DNA from: the human T2T-CHM13v2.0 reference genome, Homo sapiens
Reading direction: 5' to 3' (one strand)
NCBI RefSeq assembly: GCF_009914755.1
Contig: NC_060942.1
Length of the DNA stretch: 64,000 bases
A program made the translations under genes and the position numbers. Of this stretch, positions 28,025 to 40,778 are shown piece by piece. The notes below the pieces were generated by a model. It saw only the letters and a list, made by a program, of their open reading frames with translations, was not told the origin of the DNA and searched no databases. Position 1 is the stretch's first letter. Every line of letters starts with the position of its first letter.

Positions 28025-28949
28025 GTTCATCAACAGGAGAATGGATAAACACATTGTGGTATATCCAACACAATGGAAAACTACTCAGCCACAAAAAAAG
28101 AGTGAACTATTGATACATGCCTCAATCTTGATGATTCTCATGATAACTATGTAGAGTTAAAGAAGCCAGGTGGAAATGAGTACATACCATATGATTCCAT
28201 TTATGTAAAACTCTAGAAAATATAAAATGACCTATTGTGACAGTGATTGGGGTGGTAGGGAAGGGTCAAAAGGGACACAAGGAAACTCTTTCTTTAAATA
28301 TGTGCAATTTGTTGTATATTAATTATACTTCAATAAAGCTATTTTAAAAAGCTAATGGCATAGAGCTGAGTGTTAGTGATTGGAAGGAGGCTGGAGGGAT
28401 TCTGGGGTGCAAGTAACTGTTTCTTGATCTGCATGCTGGTTACATGAATGAAAATGTATTGGGTTGTTAGGATTCACTTTTTTATAAGTATGTTATGCTC
28501 CAAAAACTATTTTGCTTTAAAAGTTATATGTGTTTCACTTCCAAAAATAATCTGTAGCCAATGGCTTTTTGGTAGTGAGCCTTAAAACTCTCCATCAATT
28601 AATTAATGGCCTTAGCATTTTATGTTTCATGTCATGCATCATTTTCTCTAGCATGCTGTAGTAATTTAGGTGTTTGCTGTGTCTTCCCTGCAAGACTATG
28701 TGTGCCTCATTCCTTTGTGTCTCATTCCTCATGCACCCTGCAGAATCTGTCTCCTGTCTTGCTCATTATCACTGGTTGAATATTGTGTTTAATAAATGAA
28801 CACAAATTTGTTGAGGAAAAGAAAGTTCTAGTCCATTGCAATCCCATGTTCCTTGCCTTGTTACCTTTCCACAGTTTTCTTTTATTCTTCCCTTCCCTTC
28901 CTCCTTCTGCTCTTCAGGCCTATCTTATTTTTCTTCAACATGCTTGCTG

Positions 28950-30085
28950 CCTCCCCAGCGTGGCTGGAATGGAGTGAGAAAAGGAAGGAAGAGAAGGTAA
29001 TAAGGTCAGAGAGAAACTTGGGGCTGAGATCTGGCAGCATGGGGATAGGGATTTGTAAGGTTGTGTGAAATGGGGGACCTATGCAGTCTCTGAACCCACT
29101 TACATATTAAAATAATCACTTAAACATATCTGTTGAGATTAGACGGTGGTGAGTATAGGATAAGAGGGAAAGAAAGCAGGGTCACTTCTTAAGAGGCTAT
29201 GGCATATTCCAAACAAGAGATGATGGGGGCTTAGACCAGGGCAGTAGCAGCGACAATGGGGACAAGTGGTGCTTGACATTTGAAAGTGGAATCCTCTTAA
29301 TTCTCTAACGGATTAGATATGGGATGTGAGAGAAAGAAAAGAATCAAAGATGATTCCAAGTTTTATTGCCCAAACAACTGTAAGTAAGAATGAAGATGCC
29401 ATCAATGGACATGTGGAAGACTGTAGACTCATGGGAAGAAAACTGAAAAACATGTTTAGTTTGGACATATTATGCTTCTTAGACTTTTAATGATAAATGC
29501 CAAATATGCAGTTGGATATATAAAGCTGGGATCCAGAGAGAGATGTGGTTGGATATGAATTTGATGATTAACAGCATGAGACTAGCTGAGGTTATTACCA
29601 CGGTGTAAGAAGGGAAGAGGACAAAACAGCATTGAGCTACCTCAATGTTAGAAAACTAGGGAAACAGGAGGAAGCAGCAAGGAAACTAAGAAGCACCTGC
29701 CAGTGAAAGCAGGAGACGATGGTGACTTAGATGCCAAGCAAAGACAGTTTTCTGAGGAGGAGGGAGTGATCAACTGTGTCAAATGTTTCTGACAGGTCTG
29801 ATGAAGACGAGGACTAAGACCTGACCACTGGATCTAGTAATAGGGTGTTCATTGATGGCCCAGAGCAGTTTTGTAAAGTGATGGAAGTGAAAGTCCCTGT
29901 GGAAGGGCTTTGAGAAGGAATGGACAAGAAGAACTCCTTTGAAGAGCATTGCTGCAAGAGGCAGAGCAGTGGGCAGTTGTTGTGAGGGAAAGTAGGGTTA
30001 GAAGAGAATATTGAGGATGGGAGGAAGAACGGCATGTTTGTGTGGTGAAGGAATGATCCAGCGAAAAAAGGAAAAATTGATGTTG
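28950..30085 (-). mobile_element. L2 LINE fragment, ~1.1 kb
   Basis: GAGATGATGGGGGCTTAGACCAGGG...GGATTAGATATGGGATGTGAGAG...TGCAGTTGGATAT...GGAGTGATCAACTGTGTCAAATG. Confidence 0.8.
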
Positions 30086-31840
30086 TTATCTGTCACTTAT
30101 GTTCTTGTTCATATCCCACCCTGTTCCTATGTTTGGGGATCCCAACTTTGAGGTTGAGCCCACACATCCTAGATTCTCACTTTCCCAGAATCCACAAAGA
30201 TGGGGCACAGGAACAAGAAGCTCTACTACCAGATGCCTCAGCCCCTCACTCTGAATTAGAAGCGAGTGACATGAAGAACAAATCACACCACATCTATGCT
30301 GGAAACAGATGCTAGTGAGCCTTCAGACACAGAAAGTTTGAGAAAAAGAAAAGTGTTATGTTTTCCTTTAAAGGAGTTTATAATCACTGAGGGTGGGGAT
30401 TGACTGTCTCTTATTTACCACTGAAGCTCCTGAGCCTAGCGCAGTTCCTGATACCAAGCAGAAGTTTATTAAATTTGTGATGAATAAATAAATGAATACA
30501 GACTAGTTTTACTTAGTTGGTTGGTTGACAGATTAGAGTGTGAAAAAATTCACTTCAAAGGTATACTTCAATCACTATCCCTTGTTTAGCAGACCTTAAT
30601 CAGACTTAAAGGGACAGAACTGAAGTTATGATTGCTTTGAAATTCTTTCTTTTTTTTTTTTAAAGGAATGTGATTTTGTGTGCCTTGATATCAGACCTTA
30701 TATTTGGTATTGACTAAATGGCCTGTTTAACATTTCACATGATGCGTTAACACTGGAAAAGGAGAAGAACGGGACAGAAAAATGAAAAACAATAGCATTT
30801 TTTTCTTGAGCAATGCGATGGCATTAAGCCACTATAATAGTTTTAAATAAAAAGAACAAGAAGAGAAATAATTATGCTTGAGTTTAAAGTGGGCATTTTT
30901 ACCTATATACCCTGTAAATCCACTGTGAGTCAAGTTTCTGTAAGTATTCATTTGCAGGCTCTTTTGTTTAGTTGAAGTTTTCATTTCCTTATAATCTGCA
31001 GGCAGACACCCTAAATGCAGCTCAAATACTTAAACACATCTCATAACTTCAAACTACTCATTAAGAACATTTGTCTACTAGGCATGATAATCACCACTCT
31101 CCTCTCCCCATGTTGCTGTTGATGACAACCAATAGGAAGGAGTGGGAGGGACACGTTATGGTTTAACCAGTCTCTCGTAAATTCTAGAGGATTCAAATCT
31201 CAGACTATCCACACAGAGCTCTCCATGGTTAATCTTGCTTAGCATGGCAGGTGTTAAATCTGTCCCAACCCAGAATACTTCCACTTCATAGTAAAAACAC
31301 TTAGGTACCATGAGCTTTTTTTTAAAATAGGAAGAATCACAGAAATTAAAGAGAATTGAAACCTTAAATTTTATTATCTGGGGAAAAATCAGAACTTTTA
31401 GGTCCAGAAATGAAGGTGGTTTTAAAATGGTATTAGTAAACTAATGTTGATGACTGTCTCATAAAGAATAACCAAAGAATCCAAGAAAAGTTCTTTATCT
31501 GTGACTTTTTATACTACCAACATAGAGCCAAGATTTCTGTCAAGCCACAAGTATTGCTACTAAGACACTGTAAAGGCAGTTTAATATTATCTTAAGATAA
31601 ATGAGGAAACAATATAATAAATGAGTAAAAAGAAAGACAACTAAAGAAAGAAAACCAGAAAGACTATATTCGATTTAATTGTTTTTAGAAAATTAAACAC
31701 AATCTTAAAAATAAAAGAGTTAGAACTATGTCTGGAGGAAAGTAAAAGCAAAACAGAACACTTACTTTGTTCTAAATATGGCCATTTGGAAACTGTGAAC
31801 TGAGATTGCACAGAGAGATTCTGATCATAAAATAACAAGT

Positions 31841-32248
31841 TGTATTAGTTTGCTAGGGCTGTCATAACAAAATGCTGCAGACTGCGGGCTTAAACAAAGA
31901 TGTACTCCTCGTGGTTCTGGAGGTTAGAAGTCCAAGGGCAAGGTGCCGGCAGGGCACGTTTCATTCTGGGGCCTCTCTCCTCGGCTGGGGGATGGCCCTC
32001 TTTCTCTTCTCACCTTGTCTTCACATGGTCTTTCCTCTCTGCCCTTACAGATTTGATGTCTCTCTTTGTGTTCAAATTGCCTCTTATAAGAATGACTGTC
32101 AGAATGGATGAAGGCCCACTCTAAAGGCCTCATTTTAACATAATTATCTCTTTATAGGCCTTATCTCAAAATACAATCACATTCTGAGGTACAAGGGGTT
32201 AGGAATTCAACATATACATTTTGAGGGCACACAACTCAGTTCCTAACA
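31841..32248 (-). mobile_element. MLT1B-type solo LTR
   Basis: TGTATTAGTTTGCTAGGGCTGTCATAACAAAAT...CACATTCTGAGGTAC..GGGGTTAGGA...CACAACTCAGTTCCTAACA. Confidence 0.88.
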
Positions 32249-32618
32249 CTAGGTTTCCGAAAAGATTTTACACATCAATGTATATATTTAAAAGATAATG
32301 CTAGAAATGTGTTTTTCATTTTCTTTTCTCTTATAATTTTTCTGAGGGCTAAAGTGACCTAATACATAACAGTTATGATCAGCCAAATGCTTACTCTGTG
32401 TTGTGTGTGTGTGTGACAGAGAGAAAGACAAAGAGACACAGGGAGACAGAGCCAGAAAGAGCGATTTTCTCAGTACCTTTTCTCAATACTTTTTCTCTTT
32501 TGATTTCTGATAACACGTTTGTTAGGCAGCCTCCCAAATGGCTCTCAGTGGTCTGCACCTCCTGTTCTTCATGCCCTTGTGTATCCACTTGAGTGTGGGC
32601 TGGATTTATTGATTCTTT

Positions 32619-32917
32619 TTTTGCGGGGCTGGGGGGTGGACAGGGTTTTGCTCTATTGCTCAGGCTGAAGTGCAGTGGTGCAACCTTGGCTCACTGCAAC
32701 CTCTGCCTCCTGGGTTCAAGTGATTCTTTGCCTCAGCCTCCTGAGTACCTGGGATTACAGGTGTGTATCACCGCACCCAGCTAATTTTTGTATTTTTAGT
32801 AGAGATGGGGTTTCACCACGTTGCCCAGGCTGGTATCAAACTCCTGGCTTCAAGTGATTCACCCATCTCAGCCTCCCAAAGTGCTGGGATTACAGGCGTG
32901 AGCCATTGTGCCTGGCC
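32619..32917 (-). mobile_element. AluJ (Jb-like)
   Basis: Reverse-complement dimer. Perfect 18-bp TSD TGGATTTATTGATTCTTT at 32601-32618 and 32918-32935. Confidence 0.92.
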
Positions 32918-33179
32918 TGGATTTATTGATTCTTTCCTAACAAGTAGTATATAGCAGAGTGACAGGACATCAGCTCTAATATTAGGTTGTGAAAAGACTG
33001 TGGCTTCCATCTTGGGTGCCTCTCTCTTTGAGTGCTCACTTCTGGGGAAAGCCGGTGGACGTGTCTTGGGCAACCCTGCGGAGGGTCCCATGTGACTGAG
33101 ATGGAAGCAGAGCTTGTGAGACCTGCCAACAGCCACATGAATGAGCCTGCAAGTAGCAACCCTTAAGATGACTGCAGCC

Positions 33180-33588
<409 letters not shown>

Positions 33589-34322
33589 TCAGCTGCTAAA
33601 TGTTGACATAATTTGTTATGCAGCAGTTGATAACTAATACAAGCTTAGCCTGCAAATGTCAGTCCAAATTTTCCTTTTCAAGCTGTAGCTTGGGATACAT
33701 GAAAAATAAGCAAGTGTTTTCAAAAATCAGTTTCAGAAAACTTTCATTAACACTTATAAATTGAGATGAAAAACCTAGGATGAAAGTTTTCAACACAATA
33801 ACAAACCTGAAAAGAAAGACTGCTTTGCTTTGTCTATTATTAAAGCAAAATTGCTTATTGTGTATCTTAATGTAATTGATTTACATTTTCGTTCTATAAT
33901 AATTTAGTTTAGGCTGAATTTTGAAAATAAATCAGCTGCAATTTTAGTTTCCCTCTTAAGAGAGAGCTAAAAGTTCAAGAATTACAAAATTAATAGTGTC
34001 AGCAATAAGAAATTATATAGTTAATATGAAATGCCCGTCTGGATGATAGAGCCAGATTCTTTACTCGTTGCTTACATGTCTTATAAGCCAGGAATGGGTC
34101 TGGTCCAATATCTGAGTCCATCATGATTTGTTTCTCATGGTGCTCAGGCACCTGCCCTGTCCATCCAAGATGATGTGGGCAGGCCTGGGTGATACCCAGG
34201 GTAGTCCGTCATGCACCATTCTTACACTCTCATTCTTTGTACTTCTGCTCTTACAACTTATACCCTGTAAACATGATTCTAAGTCAGCAACATTTTTTTT
34301 AATTGGAAGGCTTTAGACACAC

Positions 34323-34508
34323 TGATATAGTTTGGATGTTTTGTCCCCTCCAAATCCCACGTTGAAAGGTAACCCTCAACGTTGGAGGTGGGGCCTGGTA
34401 GGAGGTGTTTGGGTCATGGGAGCGGATCCCTCATGAATGGCTCGGTGCTGTCCTCATGATAGTGAGTGAGTTCTTCAGAGATCTGGTTGTTTAAAAGTGT
34501 GTGGTACA
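34323..34508 (+). mobile_element. MST LTR, 5' half only
   Basis: TGATATAGTTTGGATGTTTTGTCCCCTCCAAATC...GAGATCTGGTTGTTTAAAAGTGTGTGG, after which similarity ends abruptly. Confidence 0.85.
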
Positions 34509-36276
34509 TGCAGGATATGAGGGAGAGGAAAGGCCTCTTCTTCCGTGCTTTTATAATCATTGGTTAACAGTTAGGGTAGCAGTGCTTCTATATAGGACAA
34601 AACCAAACTCCATTGGCTGGAGAGGCTGCAAGGCAGGAAGGCGGATACCTGCCCCAAAGGATGTTAGAGAATGGGCAGTTTCATAATTTTCAGACAGGCC
34701 TGAGGATACAGACTCTAGTTAAAGTACTGCCTTGGATTACTGTCCAAAATACTCTCTTGTCCCTCCACAGTGTGCATGTATGTGAAATGCATGGCTGTGT
34801 GCATGTATGTGTGTAATCTAACATCAGATGCTATATCTATGTGTATATACAGGTACCTAAACTATGCCTAATCTCTTAATTTGACTCTATGCTGCTTGTC
34901 AGAGAAAAGCAGTAGAAAATTTGATTTGGGCCATATTTCCTCTATCGTCAGCAATAATCCTTTGTATTTTAAACACATGTCCCACAACTATCAGAAAAAT
35001 ATGCAGTATTTTTTGTTAGTATTTTAAACATCTTAGCACAATGAGTCATAGCATGGGTCTGGAATTCTGACCTCCTGAGTTCCAATTTTGCTTTACCACT
35101 TGCTAGCTACGTAGGTATGTTGTTTCATTCTGTGAATTCCACCTTTGCATCTTTAAAAGGGAATAACAGCAGATGTTACTGACAGGGCTATAGAGTGCTT
35201 AGGATCCACACACAGCTATTAATCAATAAATGTTGGTGATCATGCAGAAAGGTGGAACAACTTTCTTAAAATAAGTAATTCTCCAGCATATAACTGCAAA
35301 CAAAATTCTAAGTAGAGAAAGTGTTATTATTAGTAGTATAATCCTGAGCTATAAAATAAAATGCTCCAGTAATATCTATATTATCCATTATAAACACAAT
35401 TAGTATAATGTAATCCATCTTTCTAAGCCATCTGTGGGGGTTTGGTTACTTCTTCTTACATAATCTCATTGAAGAGGATCTCATGGCATGGAATTAGAGG
35501 AGAAACCACTATGTAGTGATGAGATTTATCTGCACAATGCAAGATTTCTAGCTAAGCTTCATGTAAAAGGTATGTCTTGACATGCATCTTAGACAATAAT
35601 GCCATGGGAAAGAGTTCTGCAAATGGAGTTGGAAACTTTTGATAAGGAAAGGGTTAAGATAAATGTGATCTTGTAGCTTGGTGGCCATTCCACGACATCA
35701 CCCTAGAATAGCACTCAAAATTAATCTCCAACTGCGAATCACTTTCCCTTTATAATAGCACATAACCACTTTACTATACTACCTAACAAGACATTTTGGG
35801 TAATATCACTGTCTTCAAGGCCTGGGAATAAGGCTGAACCATGATTTTTCGGGCCTAATATAAATTTCTGCCACAGGCCTCTAGTCAGGGCCTGCATAGG
35901 GCCATTTACATATACTCTCTGCCATTAATTTTTGCCACAAAGCACACAGTTCTAAACCACAGCATATGATGTGGAACTATGAAGAAGCGTTATTTTTATT
36001 TTGAATTCCCATTCTGCATAGCTAGTAATTTTGCATCTTTTTTTGTTCTGTAATCAACAGGAGGAGCAGTGTCAACAGTCCTAGCCAGCTGTTGCTGAAG
36101 GGCCCAACACCAAATCCCAGCTGAAGAACAGCTTCTCATCTTTTGAGACACAGCACAGGGTGATGGGCATGGAGCTCTTCCACACTCCCCACAGTCTGAC
36201 TTAGCTCTCTCCGTTGTGCCCTCCTGGCACCCTGCTCGTATTTTATTGTGGCACCTATATCGCTGGATCTCACTCA

Positions 36277-36837
<561 letters not shown>

Positions 36838-38140
36838 TCATTCATACCAAATGGGAAAGAATTTCCTGTCAATGCTGGCAGTCTCTGGCTATCATGTGGC
36901 AGCATCCGGGAAGGACCTTTGAGGCCACGCTCTTTCCCTCAGGGGACAGTGAGGTGCGTTGTCCATGGCACCGATGGGTTTTTCTCTGGGTAGCAGGAGG
37001 TTCCACAATTCCCCAGCCCCATTTCCTTTTAAGTCATTCTGGTTATCATTTCAGTTGAAAGAATTGGAGCTACTTTTCACTTGGGAGAACATAATAAAAA
37101 TCACTTATTCAGTACTAAATTAGGATGGACAGCCTTTCTCTTGGGAAGAAAAGCAATAACAGATCACAATAATGAGATTGTGCAACAAGCTTTGAAAATG
37201 CTTATACTACATTTATATGAAACAGTATTTGCTTACACTTCAGATATGGCTGTCGATTTATGGTTCAGAGCCATGGAGCAGGTAATAAATATGACTGTGA
37301 CAACTTTCTGAAATCATTTTTATTACTTTTTAAAAATAAAAATACTATTTGCTGTTCAATTCCTATTAAACTATAGCTTCTAAAATACTCAACTTTGGAT
37401 TTTCAAAATCAATTCTGGAAGGATGTAGTCCATAATGCTATAATTCATTTTTCAAAGTACATAGCATCACTGATGCAGTGTGCTCTAAAAACTTGTGTTC
37501 CAAGCATGATAATGATTTTTAGTCCATATCATTGATATTGACTTTACTAGGTCTCATAAAATGCATTTCCAAAAGTAATTACATGTTTTGTAAGATGAAA
37601 CTCAATATTTAATTTTAAATTTAAATAGAACAAACATTTAAAAGTTTATATAAAAAAATTGGTGAAAGAAAAAGAATTTCACTATATTATATAATTTTGT
37701 ATATCCTGAGAAAGTTATATTTTTCTCTTTAACTTTCTAAATTCTAACAAATGAGGTCCAAATTACCTACCTTTCAGGGATTTTTAAGTATTGTAATGTA
37801 TAAAATATAACAGAGTTGGTAGTAGTAAAGTTATTATTATCTAAATATTAAGGGAAGTCTATGGATAAAATAAAAATAAAAACAACAAATACATACAATC
37901 AGTTTAGTTGGGTACTTAGACGTTAAGTGGGACAGTGTGTAATGATGCAAAGCCAACTATTTAGTAGCTGGTTATAAAGCACATTTCTTAAAATAGGAGG
38001 GGAAACCCCTTAAATACAAGAGAACCACGTAATAAAAATGCAACAGAAAAGCAGCTTGATGATGTGCACATTCAACTCAGTAACATGCTTGTAAATACAG
38101 AGACCTAGGCTGTCTTTTTTCATTTTGGGGAACAGATTCT

Positions 38141-38292
38141 AAATGATATCTCCAACTACCTCTTACCCCATCCCTGGTAGGATCACATTACAGATATCCA
38201 CCCCGGTTTTCAAAGTTGTGCAGATAGCTAACCATGCTCCTAGATTCACCCCAGACCTCTGAATTGTCTAACCACATCTGCTTTGCTCTTAG
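38141..38292 (+). repeat. Copy A of a local ~152-bp direct repeat
   Basis: Aligns by eye end to end with 38814-38967 at roughly 85% identity. Confidence 0.92.
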
Positions 38293-38651
38293 TTTCCACA
38301 TACAGAACTCTAGATTTGTTGGACGTTTGAGGGCTTTAGCAACTTCAGCAAGAAAAAACTATAGACATAGAATAGTCTTTCAAGAATAACAAGATGAGTT
38401 AAGTGGCAAAGGTGTTCACTTACGAAGGGACTTATCAAAATTTTAGTCCAGGTATGCCTTGCTTTCAGCTAACTCAAATGTAGAGAATCTAAAATAATAT
38501 ATCTATTCTTTCAAAATTAATTTGTCGGGCAAGTGATATGTGACGTGGAAACATAAGATGAAGCCCTAGCCTAGCAGTCCACAGCCTACAGAAACAGTCT
38601 TAAAGCCTTTTTCATTGTACAGCACTTTCTCTCCATCATTTATTTGTTTTG

Positions 38652-38686
<35 letters not shown>

Positions 38687-38712
38687 CTCTATCTATCTAT
38701 TATTCTATCTAT
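38652..38712. repeat. (TCTA)n tetranucleotide STR
   Basis: (TCTA)8 TCTC (TCTA)3 followed by a degenerate tail. Confidence 0.95.
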
Positions 38713-38813
38713 CCAACCATCCTTTATCATATACCACCATGGTAGAATATTTTGATCTCATAAAATTTACCTTTCCCCTAAAATAGAGATTTAAAAAGAT
38801 AAAGAATACACAC

Positions 38814-38967
38814 AAATGACATCTCCAACTCCCTCCTACCACATCCCTGGAGGGATCACATTACAGATACCCATGTGGGTTTCCAAAGTTGTGTATATAG
38901 CTAACCATGCTCTCAAGATTCACCCCCCCATCTCTGAATTGTCTAATCACATCTACTTTGCTCTTAG
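38814..38967 (+). repeat. Copy B of a local ~152-bp direct repeat
   Basis: Shares GGATCACATTACAGATA, CAAAGTTGTG, ATAGCTAACCATGCTC, CTCTGAATTGTCTAA and CTTTGCTCTTAG with copy A. Confidence 0.92.
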
Positions 38968-40422
38968 AACAAACGGAAGTTCTAATCATTTCTCCCTAGT
39001 AGATGATCTTGCATACCCCTTGGGATATGAGCAACCCACATTGGAGATCAGTGCCCCCAAAGGTTATAAAGCATGTGAACAGATTACCATCAGAAGGCAC
39101 AGAGATAGAAGCAACTAACTCCCTAGGGGAATTGGAAAAACTTTACAGGGAGAGTAGATTTATAAACAGGGTCTTTGAAAAATGAGGAGGATACAAAACA
39201 TAATGTAGGAGGTGATGATGTGTGTGCATATAAGTAGATTATGCACTGATCTTCTCTAAGGGAATAATAAAAAGCCAGACTGACTCTAGGACTGGACATT
39301 AAACTTGGTAGATTAAGAGGAGGAAGAGAAATAATTCTATTCCCTTGGAAAAGAGGCATGACCCTCGGCTGCTCACATTCCATGCCCAAGGAGGGCTGAG
39401 ATGCTGCATCTAGTCCAAGAATGTATTTGGGTGAAGCATTAGCAAAAGTATAAAGAAGTTTGTTTTGCAAACAATTTTTTACTGCTTTCCTAGAAGTGCT
39501 TTTACTTTTAGACTCTTAAGACAAGCTGAGATTTGGATGTGGAACTAGTTAAGAGAGAAAAGAAGGTTCATGGCTTAACTAGGTTGGAGGCTAGTTGGCC
39601 TGCCTCTAACTTTGTCTTGCAGAGACTTCATGGGGCTTGGAGTAAAGGCATTATTAAAAAAAGACTATGCCCTCCTGATTCTGTTTGCTGGGCACACCCT
39701 TCCTCAGAGACCTCAGAATGCATGGTGGGAGGGTGGGAGGGCAGGAGGGATAGGACAGAACTTAGTTATTGAGGATCTCATTTCAGATAAGACTACTTAT
39801 GACAGAAGTTTGGACTGGGTAAAATGTCAACACAAACATGGGTTGTGGATTGGCACACTCAGGTGAGGAATGGCATAGAATCAGAAACACCCACGGAACA
39901 GAAGACATTTACCAGGAAGATGGGGGAAAGGCAGAGGGAACAGTGGAATTATGAGATAACAACCTAACCTCTAAACTCAGGGCCAAGCATATACAGAACA
40001 TTTTGTGAATTTCAAAATGCTGCCCCTGCAGAAAGACAATTTTTTAAAGAAATGCCCACTCAAGATTGACAAAGTAAAAAAAAAAAGGCACATCCTTTGG
40101 GTGGATGAATGAGAAAGAGTCACTCCTTCCTTTAGGCTAATTCAGTACTGGGCCAGGACCCACAGCTTGAGAAACAATGTAAGTGAGCTTTCAGCCCCCA
40201 TTCACCCTGCAGTGCACAAACTGCAGAATCCTACCTGGAGGCCTGCACCATCCTTAATTTTTTTTTTTTTAATTCATTGCTCACTTGGAAGGCTACAATA
40301 GCCTTGCTATTTCCTTTATTGCATTATGTAGCCTCCTGCAACAAAAACTGAGCTCTTTGCCAACATGGATCATCTTGATATTCCTAGAAACCAGGAAGTA
40401 AATGCAATATAGAAATGCAATA

Positions 40423-40778
40423 CAGACCTATGTCCTTGACTTATGATGGATCAGCTTATGATTTTTCAGTTTTACAGTGGTGCAAAAGCTATATCCATTC
40501 AGCAGAAATTGTACTTTTGAGTACTCATGTAACCATTCTGTTTTTCACTTCAGTAAATTATTCAAAAAATTACATGAGATATTCAACACGTAATTGTGAA
40601 ATAGGCTTTGTGTTAGATGATTTTGCCTAACTGTAGGCTAATGTAAGTGTTTTGTAGGCTAGGCTAAGCTATGATGTTAGGTAGGTTAGGTGTATTAAAT
40701 GCATTTTCAATTTATGATGTCCTCAATTTATGATGAGTTTAATGAAATGTAACCCTATAATAAGATGAGGAGCATCTG
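40423..40778 (-). mobile_element. MER47A (Tigger5-derived) DNA transposon
   Basis: GACTTATGATGG...GGCTAAGCTATGATGTTAGGTAGGTTAGGTGTATTAAATGCATTTTCAA...GAGGAGCATCTG, preceded by TA. Confidence 0.88.

Larger units (their letters stand above)
23319..28330 (+). mobile_element. Internally deleted L1MC/MD-type element retaining 5'UTR, ORF1, the ORF2 endonuclease start and the 3' end
   Basis: 5' end GACTTTTGCTTCTGATCAAGATGGAATAAC. ORF1-like region at 24.2-25.0 kb. ATAATCACATTAAATATAAATGGT (IITLNING, the L1 endonuclease start) near 26243. 3' end TATACTTCAATAAAGCT. All frames are disrupted. Confidence 0.75.
22330..28520 (+). mobile_element. Old L1ME-type element (~22330-23318 and ~28331-28520) interrupted by a second L1M
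   Basis: A-rich ORF2/3'UTR motifs (TTAGAAGAAAACATAGG, GCAACAACATGGATGAAT). It resumes after 28330 with GGATTCTGGGGTGC...TTCTTGATCTGCATGCTGGTTACATG. Confidence 0.7.
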
